Source of the DNA: Lingula anatina
Lineage: Eukaryota; Animalia; Brachiopoda
Assembly: GCA_051362555.1 (NCBI GenBank)
Contig: CM120644.1
Location: 5,588,954-5,652,953 of the forward strand
Direction of reading: 5' to 3'
DNA length: 64,000 bases
Below the pieces are notes generated by a model. It did not search any database and was not told the DNA's origin. It saw nothing but the letters and a program-made list of their open reading frames with translations. The position numbers and the translations under genes were made by a program. Positions 60,901 through 64,000 of this stretch are shown here, one piece after another (the first letter of the stretch is position 1; the number at the start of each line of letters is the position of its first letter).

Positions 60901-63900
60901 GCGATATTTTGTGTTATCCTGTAATGATTCCCATTAATTCCTTCAAATTCATATTAAAAAAACGCCCCCCCCCCCCCCCCCCACACACACAAATCCAATA
61001 TTTGTTTTTCAACCTTAAAAATATAGCAGTGGTCTGTAATAATCTGTAATCATTTGTAAATTGATGTTCTAAGTAAGTCAAGAATCCACAGAATAAAACC
61101 ATGAGTTACAGCAGGAAGATGAAGTGAATCTCCAAAAAGTTGTTTACTTTATTACAAAAATAGCTCTGTCCTCAAGTTATCCGAATGTTTAGTTTACTTC
61201 AACTTTATTTACAAAAATGTATTGATTCTAAAGGGAAAGAGCACCTCAAGGCTTTGTACAGTGAAGTTTCGGGAAGGACTTTAAGATTGGTTTCTGCTCC
61301 CAAGATACAATGTAAAGCCTTTTGCTTGATGTTTTTTCGCTGATAGAAACAAAGAATTAACAAGATAACCCAATAGTTTTTAAAGAATTTAATGGAAATG
61401 TATTTTTAGGGGGGAGGGGAGAAGGCCAAATTTATGAGACTGATAATTATTAAAGGTCTGAAATGTTGACGACGACACTGGCATCTAATGTACAAAATAG
61501 CACTTTTTTAATCCATTATTGGTGGACCCGAGCCTTTGGATGTGTCCTTCGAACGTGCATCTTCCAAACGCTAAATGTGGTGTTTTTTATTATTTTGGTT
61601 TCATTTCCTTTTCATGTGTTTTGTTGCTAAGCGGCACTGAAACAGTTATCTATTCAAACCCGCTTATTCAAATACACCTACTACTATTTGATATGTGATA
61701 CGTCAGCGAAGGACACCTTTTGAATAAAACATCCCCACGCGCGAATGATTTGTGACAAAATGTCGGACGGCATCTGTGCAGCGCACTGGTTGCGTACATA
61801 TGCAGTGACTGCAATAAAGCTTTGATTCAGTTTATTCGATTTTCTACAAATTTGTACTGGGTAAATGTCTGTGAATAGGCACAATTTACGAAGACGATAA
61901 ATGACAGCGCTAAAGAAAGCGGCTGCTACTGCCACCAGTGTACGCAAACATGGCGGTATTGTAGTGATTTGGAGTACTAGAATGGCAGATTAGGTACCTT
62001 CGCTTTTGCACAGTTTACGAAATATCAAAGTTGTCTTCACGGAAATGTAGCCTCCGTTTATTCACCTTTTCCAATATTGCCTGAATAAATGTCTTCGGTT
62101 TTATTCAATACAAGAAGACGACAAAAAACTATTGGTGCGAGTAGTGCAAGCAAATACTGTTATGTTATGACGGGATGGGATACTACAACGCGAATCGAGA
62201 ATTGCACTCTTTGTACATTTTTTTCTAAACTTTCGAACTGCTCTTTGACATTTCGTCAACGCCCGATGGCATTAAAATTGTCTTCAGGGACGCTAGTTGA
62301 GTGATTGTTTTGCTGCATGCTAAATCCTATTTCACTTTATCTTATTAAGATAGAAATAATACTGATAATGATTTTGGAAACAACATGGCCGTATATGCAC
62401 CGTAAAAGGTATAATAGTGTCAAGTGCGCACGCGCATATGTATGCGTGCGTTTGTGTGTGTGTGTGTCTCTGTGGTACGAGAGAGAGAGAGTGAAAGATA
62501 GAGAGAACGGAAAAGAGAGAGAGGCCCTTTGTGGTATTGAATTGTATGTTGAAATAAGAAGAATGTACATTTACTCCAACGCAATCACTTTGTGTCTAAA
62601 AGTAAAATTTATTAAATTAAACTAATAAATCAAAATCGACTATTATCTAATCAGTGGAATAGATTTGCAATATCATTTGGATGTTGTGGGCTGAAATGGT
62701 CGGGATATCGTGTACTCTCTTACTCAAGGTGATTTAAGTAGTATGGTTAGTATTCCCATGGGTCATTACGTATTGATGCAGGTGCCACAATGCTTTGCAG
62801 GTTGGGCAAATTTCTTACGGACCGTCTAGTGCTGTTAACGATCTCTCTATTCAATTACGTATTCGTAATAAAACCAATTAAAACTAAGTTAGTCTTCGAA
62901 ACTGCAAACAATTTCCGACGACAATAAACATTACGATCATTGGGAGAAAAGTGATTTTCCTGTGGAAATTACTTTTCTGATAATGGCAGATACCTGCCAG
63001 CTACTTAAAAATAACATTAGGTAAACACGCATACCAAAGATCACCAATCCGACGTTCAAGGACCGCGTGGTCGCCCCTGCTCGTTGGAAAACCGGGCAAA
63101 GCTTGGTTATCTCGACAATAAGATAACATAGGTGAAACAGCACGTACGTATAAGCTGTATTGGGGGCAATAAGGAAAATCGGAAATGAGAATCCCAGCAC
63201 AAAAGCGCTACAATTATCCAAGTAACTATAAGAAAAAAACTGGATTAGGACCATCTGGGCGACCAAATTAATCGCTGTCTCATGGGTTTGTGGCTCATCT
63301 TGCATGTTTCAAAGGGGATGGTTTTTTGGTTGCATATATTGCATCGTCATAGTGGGAATTGGCTCTTTGAATTAAGGCAAACTAAATTCCTATCTGCCTG
63401 GAGAAATCTTATACATGAAGGGTTTAAAGGTCACTGCAGAGACACAAAGGCATAAGATTAAGTATTCAGTTACGGCGCAATTTATCTTAAGCATGACCAC
63501 TGTCAATTTAGATGTTTTCATAGCTCCAGAGCAAACGAAAAGCCCATGCACAACGTTCTGAGCTGAACATTTCCCCTTTGTCAACAGAAACAAAAATCCA
63601 TTGCTCAAAAAAATTCTACATCTTTCTTTCTATGACAAATGCCCTTACCTCTTGTTGGTTATGTTGTTCTCATTTAACATCTGACCTTTGATACTAATAT
63701 AGCAAAAATGTGGAGAACAGGAAAGAAAGGTTTGAAAAGAGTTTGCTCCATAAGTAGCCCTTTTAAGGTAAGATTCCAAGAAAACGTTGCCCAAACGGAC
63801 GTGGCGAAATCCATTTTGCAAGGGTGGTCAAAACACACGTGGGTGGGCGTAAAATTTATTTTCTCATGCTAGCATGGTTAAGTCCCACCAGGTATTGAGC

Positions 63901-64000
63901 CTGAGCAAATGTCTTGGGAATTGCAGAACAAGGAATAAATAAACCCTAAAGGTTGGTAGACCCGAACCACACTGCTTCAGCACGGCTTCCATCTCTCCGG

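Noticed and set aside
62937-63608. Hydrophobic minus-strand ORFs (122 aa and 72 aa)
   Set aside because: No recognisable motif, splice context or homology pattern. They could be a decayed membrane-protein or TE fragment but cannot be supported without a search.

Overview
AT-rich, microsatellite-rich animal DNA with spliceosomal introns. It is probably a marine invertebrate such as a mollusc, inferred from the repeat landscape only. Manual exon reconstruction found the following. (i) Two intact, tandem 14-exon minus-strand paralogs derived from the tubulin glutamylase TTLL4 (30037-21245, 610 aa; 41367-31669, 609 aa), plus a decayed third copy (42.5-43.0 kb). Unlike normal cytosolic TTLL4, both start with a signal-peptide-like exon. 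Both keep the ATP/Mg residues but have a rewired substrate pocket: the initiase Arg becomes Gly, HLTNYS becomes HLTN[LF]A, and two Glu-binding Lys become R/H. This suggests secretory-pathway ATP-grasp ligases of new specificity. (ii) A 3-exon, 97-aa secreted single-EGF precursor with an acidic tail and a dibasic site (10123-13713 +), missed by the ORF track. (iii) A ~684-aa coiled-coil protein of unknown function (46068-52734 +) with an RFX X-box-like promoter motif. (iv) A decayed spliced Ulp1/SENP protease + PHD gene. (v) Two Tc1 relics, several MITE/Helentron-type elements, a 6-kb direct+inverted repeat block and many microsatellites.
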